Assembly: GCA_010909165.1 (NCBI GenBank)
Contig: VJWM01000025.1
Span: forward strand, 124,001-188,000
Length of the DNA stretch: 64,000 bases
Source: Anthoceros angustus
Taxonomy: Eukaryota > Plantae > Anthocerotophyta
Direction of reading: 5' to 3'
Shown here: piece by piece, positions 22,790-34,257 of the stretch
How positions within the stretch are numbered: position 1 is the stretch's first letter
Layout of the letters: each line of letters begins with the position of its first letter
Translations under genes and position numbers: made by a program
The notes under the pieces: generated by a model
Databases searched by the model: none
What the model was told of the DNA's origin: nothing
The model's input: only the letters and a program-made list of their open reading frames with translations

Positions 22790-25100
22790 CATCTTTGGCT
22801 TCTGCCAGCTGGCTTCCAAGTAGTCATCTCCAAAATACATTTTTTCCTCTTCGAAGAATCTCCAAGGCCATTGTCCAATTTGAGTAAATGGCCTTGAAAT
22901 GTGGACACTGCACCATTGACACATTTTCGTGCCTGCAACTGTTTAACTTGGAGAAGCAACATAGAAGCTGCTGCATGAGTATGCTGGAGCAAGGAAGCAT
23001 CAGCATGCACCATTCCCACACTTCTTTCCATATATTTTCCAAGCTCTGGTATGAAGCAACGGCCTTCACTTGTGGCTTTACGTTGCCAAATGGCAGCGCT
23101 GTTGGCAATGATTCAGTGTCTTCCTGAGTTGTGAAAATAGGCGTGTCTGCCTCCTCGTGCACCGCCTGTTCACAAGGCATATGTACTGGTCCAACAGAAT
23201 GCGGAGAGACATGGACATGTCCTCTTCTAGCCATAGCTATAACTAGCTCAGGTGTGGATACCAGTTCCCCTTTGAGGTATAATATCTTAGCTTGGTGCTT
23301 GCAAAAGAAACCTTGAGTGCCTCTGGGACAATTACAGCAAGTCCAATCTGCACTTACAGTGAAGATGGTATAGATCAACTTCTGATCAGTGCAACTCCTC
23401 ACAAAAGCTGGTCCATCAATTGTGGTTAGTAATGTGACAGCTGAGTCGGGAATGGATTAGGAACCCAAGATTGCATTGTCCACGATTGCTGCTTCCCTTG
23501 CATTGTACCTGAATCCATGCTCCTTTGTGAAATGCTTATACCGGTAGATTTTGTTTACTGTTTCCACGAGAGTGTGGAGCAACCAATCCAACCGTCTTCC
23601 TCGCAGCCTAACAAAATCATGGCACAGAGACTTCAAAACCCATGCAAGCTTCGATAGCGAGTTACAATCTTGGCTGCGTGCCTCATAGTTCGATACCCTT
23701 TAACCATAAGGGAAGCACACTGTGCCATTGTTTCTTGAAATACTCAATGAAACTCGGAGCGCTGTCTCCAAAATCTACATACACTTGTTGCAGCATTTTG
23801 TGGGCCTCATCTTCAATTTGCCACCACCGGGATAGGTACATAATGTGACCAAGGCGTTGGAAGATTGCAACCCGAACTTCCCAGTTCCGGACCTTCAACA
23901 ACAAATGTCGTAACCAGCACTTTCTGACATGCCACAAGCATAACAACATTGGAACTGTCACGCCCCATACATTGTGAATGGCTGCAATTTACCGCATCGC
24001 TCACCGTAAAGGCACTTGGTTGCCATTCTGGCTGCCTACCAATATGGTCCTTGAAAGCTTGCAACCAAGAGCGAATATCTCGTCCCACTATCCGTAATAA
24101 TCCGAACAGCATTCCGTTATAGTAACTATCAAACACCAAAAGTGTGTACAAGTGAAACTTGTATTTGTTGGTCCCGAACGTGGCGTCCATGGATATGACA
24201 TTCCCATTCCCAAACTGCAGAATCATGGAACGTTGGAAATCAGTTTGCAAGCCAATCACTAAGGGGGAGGAAACAGAATGATACCAGACAAGGTCCTTGT
24301 GAGCCTCTATCCACAAACCAACACTAATCTCATCGTTGGGGTGATCGATAGAACCCAAACAATTGAGAGGCAATGTTGTTAATGTCGTGTGGCTGTAAAA
24401 AATCATCGCGACAAGGTTCATAATCACTAGCTTGTGCTTTCAATTCTACTTGCTCCACATGCTCGAGGTATATCCTCTTTGTTACACCAAAGACGCCGCC
24501 ACGAAGACGGATGTCCTCACTTAAAGCGGGCAGCAAACCTTGAGCGAGGGTCTGCGATATCAAGTCCGTGTGATTTGTCCATTGGTCTACATGTTCAAAT
24601 GAATCACGAAACACAAGCGCTAGTTGTGGCGGATAGTCGCTTCACATCAAAGTGGTACTGCAACCATGTTTGATACTCGACCTCTCAAGATCTTGGCTTT
24701 CCGTTTTCCTACACTGCTTGAAGCCTGTTTTGCTGCATTATCATCACGAAGATCAGCTTTCCTAAATGCACACCAGTATTTCGTTTAGCACAAATAAGCC
24801 CGAACATTAGTTTTACAGCTGCTGTTGGAGGCAACTTGCTTCTTATCTGTCTCCTTCCAAAAGTATGTGGGGAACTGCACATTCTTGCCTTCTCCTAACA
24901 CCAAGTCAGACACCCTATTCCATGGAATAATGGCAAATCTAGAGATGGCGGGCACACAATCCTTAGAAGCAACCTGATACGTCGCTATAACGGGGTGAAA
25001 ACTTGAGATGTTGCGTGTTGAACAAGCCACCTGGCGGCTCTTGCACCTCCCAACCGTAGGGAAGATCTTCAATCTCCATCTTAATTGCCATTGCAAGTCA
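22790..25100 (-). mobile_element. Mutator-like (MULE) transposase remnant with SWIM zinc finger
   Basis: ISMDATFGTNKYKFHLYTLLVFD (MULE domain), LLCLWHVRKCW, and CNCPRGTQGFFCKH (SWIM CxC...CxH). Broken into several ORFs. No terminal inverted repeats identified. Confidence 0.85.
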
Positions 25101-25764
25101 CAATTCGGTGTTCAGAACACGGGCTGCACGGAGGTATTGCTTAATCGAGTTCATTGTGAAGTGAACCCGCCGAAAATGATGCTTACTTTCTATTTCAAAT
25201 GGAAACATGTTTTAGGGTTTGTTTCGCATCTGGTTATGTATGACATGCATGCCATGCGCAAGCGGACATGGTCATAGCATGACGTCATGCTCATGACATG
25301 AGGCATGACATGAGCCTCTTGGCGCTTAAGACCGGCAGGCCATGCCGGTGGCAACGGAGAGACGGAGTGGTGGGCCCCACTAGATCAAGGCAACCTCGCA
25401 TTAAACCCCCGACGAACTATAGTGACCTGGTTGTTTGTTTGTTTGTTTGTTTATTTGTTTGTTGTGTGGCACATATCTGCATAAAGTATGTAGGTGAGCA
25501 ATGCTGTGGCCACCTATGGAATGACATCATTCACGGCTGAGCTGTGGCCACCTATGGAGTGACATCATTCGCGGCTGTTGGCTGTTTTTTTCTGAAAAGT
25601 GCGAAGTGCGAAGATACAAGTCCCGTCCCATCCCATCCACACCGAGGAGTGGGGAACAGCCCACTAGAGGGCACCAAGCCAAGGGGACGAGGCCCCTAGT
25701 AACCCAATTGTCTACCCTGATGAAGGTACCTACTTACCCCAATTATTCCAGAATTCCAGAAAGG

Positions 25765-25940
25765 CTTACCTACTACCACTACTCCCAAGATGTCGTAATC
25801 GGGAATAAGGAAGGGCCTACCTACCATCACAGCCCCCAAGATGTCGTGATCTGGAAAAAATTTGGAAGGGCCTACCTACCATCACTGCCCCCAAGATGCC
25901 GTAATCTCGAAAAAGGAAGGGCCTACCTACCATCACTGGA
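25765..25940. repeat. Tandem repeat, ~50 bp unit, 3.5 copies (GAAGGGCCTACCTACCATCAC..CCCCAAGATGTCGTAATC)
   Basis: Directly visible repeated units. A separate 39-bp direct repeat (GCTGTGGCCACCTATGG..TGACATCATTC) lies at ~25503-25580. Confidence 0.8.
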
Positions 25941-26017
25941 GCTGAAGACTAGGTGCAAGACTTGCGCTCTGCTTCAAAGAAGAATTCTTCTTGTTTCTCA
26001 AGACTTTGGCAGCAAAA

Positions 26018-26047
26018 GACCTGCGCGGACCTAGGTCCGCGCAGGTC
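26018..26047. repeat. Perfect 30-bp palindrome GACCTGCGCGGACCT-AGGTCCGCGCAGGTC
   Basis: The left arm is the exact reverse complement of the right arm, with no spacer. Confidence 0.95.
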
Positions 26048-26343
26048 GTGCAGGTCCGCTCACAATTCACCCGGTGGCTGGACCCCCCCTTTTCCTTCCT
26101 TCTGCACAGGCTTTTCGCTTGCGGAGCGCATGCCATTGCCATTGCCAGTGCCATTGCCCAAGGCTTGCTTCAGAGTGAGTGACACGCGTTTTGTGCTGGT
26201 CCAGTGGAAGGCAGGGACCAGGATTTGTGCGCCACACGAAAAATGGGAGGTGCACCTGGGGAGCTCCAAGGGCTTCCAGCCTCCAGGGACATCTGAATGA
26301 GAGCTTCTCACAAGACAGATACTCCTCAAGAGAAGAAGCAAGC

Positions 26344-28889
26344 ATGGCAGTGGTAGTAGTAGTACTAGTGCCACTGCTCCGGCTCCGGCTCCGGGTCCTC
26401 ATATTTGTGTGTGTGTCAGTGATGCGTATGGCAATTCCAGTCCACAGTGATAGGAACGTGAGTTTTGCACTTTCGACAAGCCTCTCCCCCCAATTAGGTG
26501 ACGCCTTCCGCTGCTACGGGTCGTATGCCGTGAAGCAAGACGGCGTGGTGCTCATACGAGACGTCCAACAAACCTACTCCACAGCCAGGCTCATGCACAG
26601 CAATCCAGTGCAATTTTACAATGCTTCTGCGGGAACAGCTGCGTCCTTCCAGACATCGTTTGTGTTCACTATCTCTGACAGCACAGCGGTGCTTGCAGAC
26701 GGACTCGCCTTCTTCATCGCAAAGACTTTGGGGGACAGCCCCTCGGGCTCGGTGGGGGGCTCATTGGGGCTCTTCCACTCCAGCACGGAGACAGGAGATC
26801 CGCTGGATGGAACCACCAACTTGGTGGCAATAGAGATTGACACGTTCCCGAGCAATGGTGAAAACTCAGATTTCGACAAGGATTATGCACCTCACGTCGG
26901 ACTAGATATCAACAGCCTCCAATCTGTGACCGTGTCCCCGCGTTCGTCCAGAGCGTCGGAAATCCGCAACGGCAGCAGCATTGGAGTCTGGATCGAATAC
27001 TCTGCACCCAGGGAGGAGATCAACGTCAGCATCTCCGTGACTGTCTTTCCAGCTCCGCCCACGGAGCAGGATGCACAGCTGGTCCTCACCTACTCCGACT
27101 TCAGCCTGCCCGCCTTCATCAATGAAACCTCCTACGTCGGGTTCTCGGCCGCAACAGGCCTTTTTTCTGAAAGTAACCTCATCTCCGAATGGACCTTCTC
27201 AACGTCGTTCCTGCCCGGCGTAGCACAAACTCCAGCACCAGCACCAGCACCAGCACCTCCTCCTGCTGCTCCTCCACCAGCTGGCCCAGCACAGGTACCT
27301 CCTCCTGGACCTGGTGCTTCACCACCTCCTAGTGCAGGTGCAGGGAGGTCAAATTTGGGACCAATAGTCGGTCTTGGTGTCGGACTGCCAGCTTTTCTGG
27401 TAGCACTGCTTCTTCTCTGCTGCTGGCTTTGCCTGAGATGGAGGCACAAACAGCACCCCTCAGGCTGGCGGGGACGAGGAGCCAGTGGACCGCGGAATGG
27501 GTCACAACAGTTGCAACTACTGCCCGAGAAAGGGTTCGGGCCCCGCCCCATGGCCTACAACTCGCTAATGAAGGCAACCAAAGGCTTCAGCACCACCATT
27601 CTAGGGGAGGGAGGGTTCGGGGCAGTATACAAGGGATTCTTAGTCGACGGATCTGAGGTTGCCGTGAAGAGGATCAAGCAGCGCACCCGGGACGGAGAGA
27701 AGCAGTTCCTGGCGGAGGTAAGTAAATACCTATATTACTCATTGCACCGACTACTCACCTACACAGATTTGTGCATTGCACATGAGTGTCTTGAGGAAGC
27801 CACATGTATGTGACGCAAGCTTTCTCAAGACTTACCATCGCTCAGCACTGCACAATTTCAGGTATGTATTTCTGTGTGTGCACCTAGGTAACCACCATTG
27901 GGAGGCTGAGCCACAAAAACCTGGTTCCACTGAAAGGATGGTGCTATGAGCATGACGAGTTACTCATCGTGTACGAGTACATGCCCAAAGGCAGCCTGGC
28001 GGACCACCTCTATCCCCAACCTGCTGCAGGCCTAGGTGCGCCACTAGGGCTGGACTGGCTCCTTAGGCTTAGAATCATACGGGGAGTGGCAGATGCTATT
28101 GAGTATCTGCACGGAGGCTCAAAACACTCAGTGGTTCACAGGGATATCAAGCCTAGTAACGTGATGCTGGATGCCAATCTCGTTCCTAAACTTGGTGACT
28201 TTGGGCTGGCTGTGGCTATGCAACAAAACAAGTGTTCGCAGACTGACAGTCGAGCAGCAGGTGACTTTGGGCTGGCTGTGGCTACGCAACAAGACAAGTA
28301 TTCTCAGACTGTCACTCGAGCAGCAGGTCAGTGCACATCGGTCACCAGAGCTTACTTTTTCTTCTCACTCACTCTTTGCTGTAAAAATCTCACGCCTCAC
28401 GCCAGATAACGTCACTGTCGGAAATCAGGAACTCCGGGGTACCAAGCTCCTGAATGCCTAAGCAACCCGAGAGTTGGCCCGGCTTCGGATGTATACAGCT
28501 TTGGAGTGATGGTTCTCGAAATGGTGTGTGGGAGGAAGCCTGTGGACATCAACAAGCCACAAAACGAGATCATCCTTTTAAGTTGGGTGTGGAGCCTGCA
28601 CATCGCAGAAGACAGCTTGATGGGAGCCGTATGTCCCTCTATAAGGGCAGAGTGCAAGCAAGAGGACGCCGAGATGCTGCTGCGCTTAGGCCTTATCTGC
28701 ACATTCCCTGATCCCTCAAACAGGCCGAGCATGCGAACTGTCACCCAGTTCTTAGAAGGCTCTCTCAAACTGCCTCTCCTTCCCCGAGAGACTCCCCTGC
28801 ATTTTGCACAATTCCCCCAAATTCCTGCACGCAAAGGCTCTGGAGTATCATCAACGCTTTCAACAACAATAGAATGGAGCCCGAAGTGA
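26344..28889 (+). CDS. L-type (legume) lectin receptor-like kinase, 3 exons (26344-27717, 27888-28326, 28429-28889)
   Basis: Hydrophobic N-terminus; lectin motifs SFQTSFVFTI, ADGLAFFI, LVAIEIDT, HVGLDINS, YVGFSAATG; Pro-rich linker; TM helix; LGEGGFGAVYKG, VAVKR, HRDIKPSN, DFGLA, GTPGYQAPE, DVYSFG, RPSMR. GT..AG introns restore the frame. Confidence 0.92.
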
Positions 28890-29224
28890 GTCCCATGTAT
28901 CAGCATCAGCAGTGGAGGTAAACAGACATGACAGAATCCGGAATTTCCAAACAGGCCTTTGCCCTTCTACTGCACTGCCTTCCCTGTGAGTATGCCGCCT
29001 TGCTTCTCAAGGCACTGCTACAGCTGTCATCCTGAGCTCTTTCAAATTCTTCAGTTTGCTGGGATTATGTCATGCTCACCCCAAGCTGGTACTATGTTCA
29101 CCCAGTCTGGCCCGTCTCTGCCACTGCCTCTATTTTAAAACTCGACAGTTTCGGAGATGTGTATGACTCTCAACGACAGTGCAGATGGTAAGCAGGAGGC
29201 GAACCACGACATTGTATATGGTAC

Positions 29225-30744
29225 GCAGGGAGGTCAAATTTGGGACCAATAGTCGGTCTTGGTGTCGGACTGCCAGCTTTTCTGGTAGCACTGCTTCTTC
29301 TCTGCTGCTGGCTTTGCCTGAGATGGAGGCACAAACAGCACCCCTCAGGCTGGCAGGGACGAGGAGCCAGTGGACCGCGGAATGGGTCACAACAGTTGCA
29401 ACTACTGCCGAGAAAGGGTTCGGGCCCCGCCCATGGCCTACAACTCGCTAATGAAGGCAACCAAAGGCTTCAGCACCACCATTCTAGGGAGGGAGGGTTC
29501 AGGGCAGTATACAAGGGATTCTTAGTCGACGGATCTGAGGTTGCCGTGAAGAGGATCAAGCAGCGCACCCGGGACGGAGAGAAGCAGTTCCTGGCGGAGG
29601 TAAGTAAATACCTATATTACTCATTGCACCGACTACTCACCTACACAGATTTGTGCATTGCACATGAGTGTCTTGAGGAAGCCACATGTATGTGACGCAA
29701 GCTTTCTCAAGACTTACCATCGCTCAGCACTGCACAATTTCAGGTATGTATTTCTGTGTGTACCTAGGTAACCACCATTGGGAGGCTGAGCCACAAAACC
29801 TGGTTCCACTGAAAGGATGGTGCTATGAGCATGACGAGTTACTCATCGTGTACGAGTACATGCCCAAAGGCAGCCTGGCGGACCACCTATCCCCAACCTG
29901 CTGCAGGCCTAGGTGCGCCACTAGGGCTGGACTGGCTCCATAGAATCCACGGGGTGGCAGATGCTGTGAGTATCTGCACGGAGGCTCAAAACACTCAGTG
30001 GTTCACAGGATATCAAGCCTAGTAACGTGATGCTGGATGCCAATCTCGTTCCTAAACTTGGTGACTTTGGGCTGGCTGTGGCTATGCAACAAAACAAGTG
30101 TTCGCAGACTGACAGTCGAGCAGCAGGTGACTTTGGGCTGGCTGTGGCTACGCAACAAGACAAGTATTCTCAGACTGTCACTCGAGCAGCAGGTCAGTGC
30201 ACATCGGTCACCAGAGCTTACTTTTCTTCTCACTCACTCTTTGCTGTAAAATCTCACGCCTCACGCCAGATAACGTCACTGTCGGAAATCAGGAACTCCG
30301 GGGTACCAAGCTCCTGAATGCCTAAGCAACTGAGAGTTGGCCCGGCTTCGGATGTATACAGCTTTGGAGTGATGGTTCTCGAAATGGTGTGTGGGAGGAA
30401 GCCTGTGGACATCAACAAGCCACAAAACGAGATCATCCTTTTAAGTTGGGTGTGGAGCCTGCACATCGCAGAAGACAGCTTGATGGGAGCCGTATGTCCC
30501 TCTATAAGGGCAGAGTGCAAGCAAGAGACGCCGAGATGCTGCTGCGCTTAGGCCTTATCTGCACATTCCCTGATCCCTCAAACAGGCCGAGCATGCGAAC
30601 TGTCACCCAGTTCTTAGAAGGCTCTCTCAAACTGCCTCTCCTTCCCGAGACTCTGCATTTGCACAATTCCCCCAAATTCCTGCACGCAAAGGCTCTGGAG
30701 TATCATCAACGCTTTCAACAACAATAGAATGGAGCCCGAAGTGA
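29225..30744 (+). pseudogene. Partial tandem duplicate of the LecRK (TM + kinase only, no lectin ectodomain)
   Basis: Near-identical to 27340-28889 including introns, with small deletions. The duplicated unit continues through the 3' flank to ~31081. Confidence 0.9.
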
Positions 30745-31897
30745 GTCCCATGTATCAGCATCAGCAGTGGAGGTAAACAGACATGACAGAATCCGGAATT
30801 TCCAAACAGGCCTTTGCCCTTCTACTGCACTGCCTTCCCTGTGAGTATGCCGCCTTGCTTCTCAAGGCACTGCTACAGCTGTCATCCTGAGCTCTTTCAA
30901 ATTCTTCAGTTTGCTGGGATTATGTCATGCTCACCCCAAGCTGGTACTATGTTCACCCAGTCTGGCCCGTCTCTGCCACTGCCTCTATTTTAAAACTCGA
31001 CAGTTTCGGAGATGTGTATGACTCTCAACGACAGTGCAGATGGTAAGCAGGGGAGGCGAACCACGACATTGTATATGGTACGCAGGGGAGGTGAACTAGG
31101 TACTCAACTAGCGTCAGTGTGTATGTTCAGGTATATGACCCTTCTTGGAAGCGGAAGAAGTCAGAGTTGTGCGGAAGGTCCAACAGATGAACCTTTGGTA
31201 CGTCATCATGGCCGATGTTATTACAGGATTTGGAAGAAAGTGATCCATGGGTGGTCCAAGGATCCCTGTGGAGCACGTGTGACGGGTTTCTATGCAACCC
31301 TATGGTTTTGGACTCATCTGAGTGCCAAAAGTGGCTCTCAAAGTGGATTGATTTGATGCTAATTTTTTGCAGGGCTTAATTTGTGTGCTGTCAGATGTGG
31401 GATGTTAAGTCATATTTATTGATATTTTAGAACTATGTACGTAGGTGCTAGAGTCATCGTAACTCTGCAGCGCGTGAGAGACCATCCTCCTCCACTCCAT
31501 ATCTTCATCAAAGATTCAGATCATCCTGCTCCACTCAATATCTTCATCAAATATTCCAGCGCGTCCACTTGACGATGGGTTGGTTCTCGCTTGCATTTCG
31601 TGATGACATACGGGAGACAATTCATTCGAGTCTGATTGTCTCAATGTTACTATTTCGACATGTGGTAACAATCTATTGCATGTGGGAACAATCTATTTCA
31701 TGCATCAATTATTTGGGTGGGGATGGAAAGAGGCACATCTCTGCTAAGTGTCTGACTCTGCAAAAGCGGAGGGTGGGGATGGAAAGAGGCACATCTCTGC
31801 AAAGTGTCGGACTCTTGCAAAAGCGGATTCGTGTTTAGGGTTTAGGGTATAGAAGAGAGAACTAGGTTCGTGTTAAGATGGTGGCACCACATGGGGA

Positions 31898-33015
31898 AAG
31901 AAGTGACAAACTTAATACCAGGCCTCCAAAGCATGTTGCAATTTGAAAGTGTAAGAAGTGACAAACTTAATACCGGGCCTCCAAAGCATGTTGCAATTTG
32001 AAAGTGTAACATAAAATTGCAATGGACTGTAACATCGGCTGCCCTTTTCTAGTAGGGTATGCTGGCACCTTGCTAGGTTACATCTTGCTTATTCCTCAGA
32101 GATGGAACATCAACTTGCTCAATATGTCACTTCATTAAACAATCAACTTGCTTAGTATGTCACTTCATTAAAATAATCATATGTCACCTCATTAAACAAT
32201 CAACTTGCTCAGTATGTCACTTCATTAAAATAATCACACTATTCGGCGACAGAGACAAGCTAGCGGGAGACATCTTCATTGAATGTTAGTGCAATGCTTC
32301 AAGCAATATGAACAACTCAGACATGACATACTCCCTCCTCATAAGAAAATAAGCCGCCTTATAACAAAATACTTGGTGGGCCAAATCTCGCAAATCACAA
32401 CCTATGCCATGGCCCTGCCAAAGCATGCATCCATGCCTACGCATAAGTTGCAAGCCATAGTCCATGATATGGGCCTGCTAAAGCGTGCAACTTATGCCTA
32501 CACATAACCTATAACCTATAGTCCATGATATGCATCTGCTAAAGCCTACACCGCATACCTACACATAACCAGGATTGCGGATCTAGTATACCATCTATAG
32601 GGAAAGAAAATCAAAGTGTGTGCAATTATAACACTTGTTGTAATAGTTCAGGAGGATGACCTATTTTGCTTGTTGGTAGAAAATCTTGGTTATTTTACCA
32701 CCACAAAAATCTTGGTTACTGATAATGGCATTGAAGACAACAATGTGAAGTCGCAGTATAGCATCAAACATAGTTTGAGCATTGGATAACGAGGTGTTGG
32801 AAAATTGATGGACATGCATGCAAATGTGGTGAATAGGAAGATGCGTACAAGTTTATACAGCTTGCCTTACAAACAACTTGAATGGCATTCCCACTAGCTT
32901 GTTTGTGACAACAACTATTACCACCACTGTGTACATACAGCTGGCTCTTACAAACAACTTGAGTGGCATTCCCACTAGCTTGTTTGTGACAACAACTATT
33001 ACCACCACTGTGTAT
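31898..33015. repeat. Cluster of short direct/tandem repeats
   Basis: ~55-bp pair at 31898-32008, ~33-bp array ATCAACTTGCT..TATGTCACTTCATTAAA at 32108-32235, and ~80-bp pair at 32855-33015. Confidence 0.75.
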
Positions 33016-33090
33016 ATACGTGTATGCAAATGTATCTTCTGAGGGATGGACATCAAGATGGATGTGGTGACATGGGAAGCCGTGAGTAAC
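32800..33090 (+). pseudogene. Highly decayed PPR relic
   Basis: TGGACATGCATGCAAATGTGGTGAATAGGAAGATGC (~32810-32845) and GGATGTGGTGACATGG (~33060-33075) match the S/P-motif DNA of the PPR genes upstream, separated by the 80-bp repeat pair. Confidence 0.5.
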
Positions 33091-33934
33091 TCATGTGGAC
33101 CAAACAAAATGAAAAGTTGTGTAGGAAGATTTTAGCATATACTTAATAAATGCGTGCCGAATATTTCAAACTAATATTTTAAATACCAAGCCAAGTGTTT
33201 CCAATACAATACCTCTATATTCGCTACCTATCAACATACCAGTAATAAGTTACATTAGAGGGCGAAAGGCGTCTACATTCGCTACCTATCGAAAATACCA
33301 ATAGTAAGCTACACCAGAGGGCGAAAGTTACATATACACAAAATAAATCACGAAACAGAGGAGAAATTTTGCTCAACAAATTGTTTACCAAGCTATGGAA
33401 GAGACCACCCTTGAATAATGGGATATGAGATATAACAAAATATAATATAATAATTATGAAAGATTACATATACAATAACACACAGCTATATTTATATGCA
33501 AAATAAATCAAGCATAGAGAAACACTTTACTATACTATCCACTACTCATACCTAAACTACTCTTAAATGATCATCATGATAAGTATGATCATGATAACAC
33601 ATAGAATTATATCATACAGCGATATCCATATACATAATTAATTAGGTATAGAAAAATATTTACTAAACGGAATCTTTTCCAACCATATATAGATCTACCC
33701 TTGAATAATGATTATGATAATTATGAGAGACAATATAACTATGTAATTATAACATATCATAATACTTATAAAGTGCCATCGCCAATGCAGCCATGATTGA
33801 TATGACAGCCTTAATAAGCTAGCATGACATTCGAGATACGTAGTTTATGTGCGATCCATCACGCAAAGCTACTATGCATGACACGGCGATACGGTGTAGC
33901 GCTGTGATGCTCCCCTGTTCAGACCATGAAGAAC

Positions 33935-34257
33935 AAGGTCTTGTTTTAACCCTAAAGTTTGGAGAACAAGGTCTTGTTATTACCCTAAAGTTTGGAGCAC
34001 AAAGTCTCGTTATAACCTTAAAGTGTGGGTCTTGTTATAACCCTAAAGTTTGGACTACCCTTCAGGTTCACCCCAAAGCGACTAGGTTACCTTAAAGTGT
34101 GGGTCTTGTTATAACCCTAAAGTTTGGACTACCCTTCAGGTTCACCCCAAAGCGACTAGGTTATGGTGCAGCAGTGCGCGGTGCACCGATGACCGCGGGA
34201 AGGTGCATGAATGGTACGGTGGAAAGGGTTTAGGGTTAGGGTTTTAGGGTTTAGGGT
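33935..34257. repeat. Tandem repeats containing AACCCTAAA plus a short telomere-like (TTTAGGG) tract
   Basis: GTCTTGTTATAACCCTAAAGTTTGGA units at 33935-34165; AGGGTTTAGGGTTAGGGTTTTAGGGTTTAGGGT at 34225-34257. Confidence 0.75.

Noticed and set aside
26179-27813. 544-aa ORF as the whole receptor
   Set aside because: The start is more plausibly ATG 26344 (signal-like), and the ORF runs into intron 1 after FLAE.
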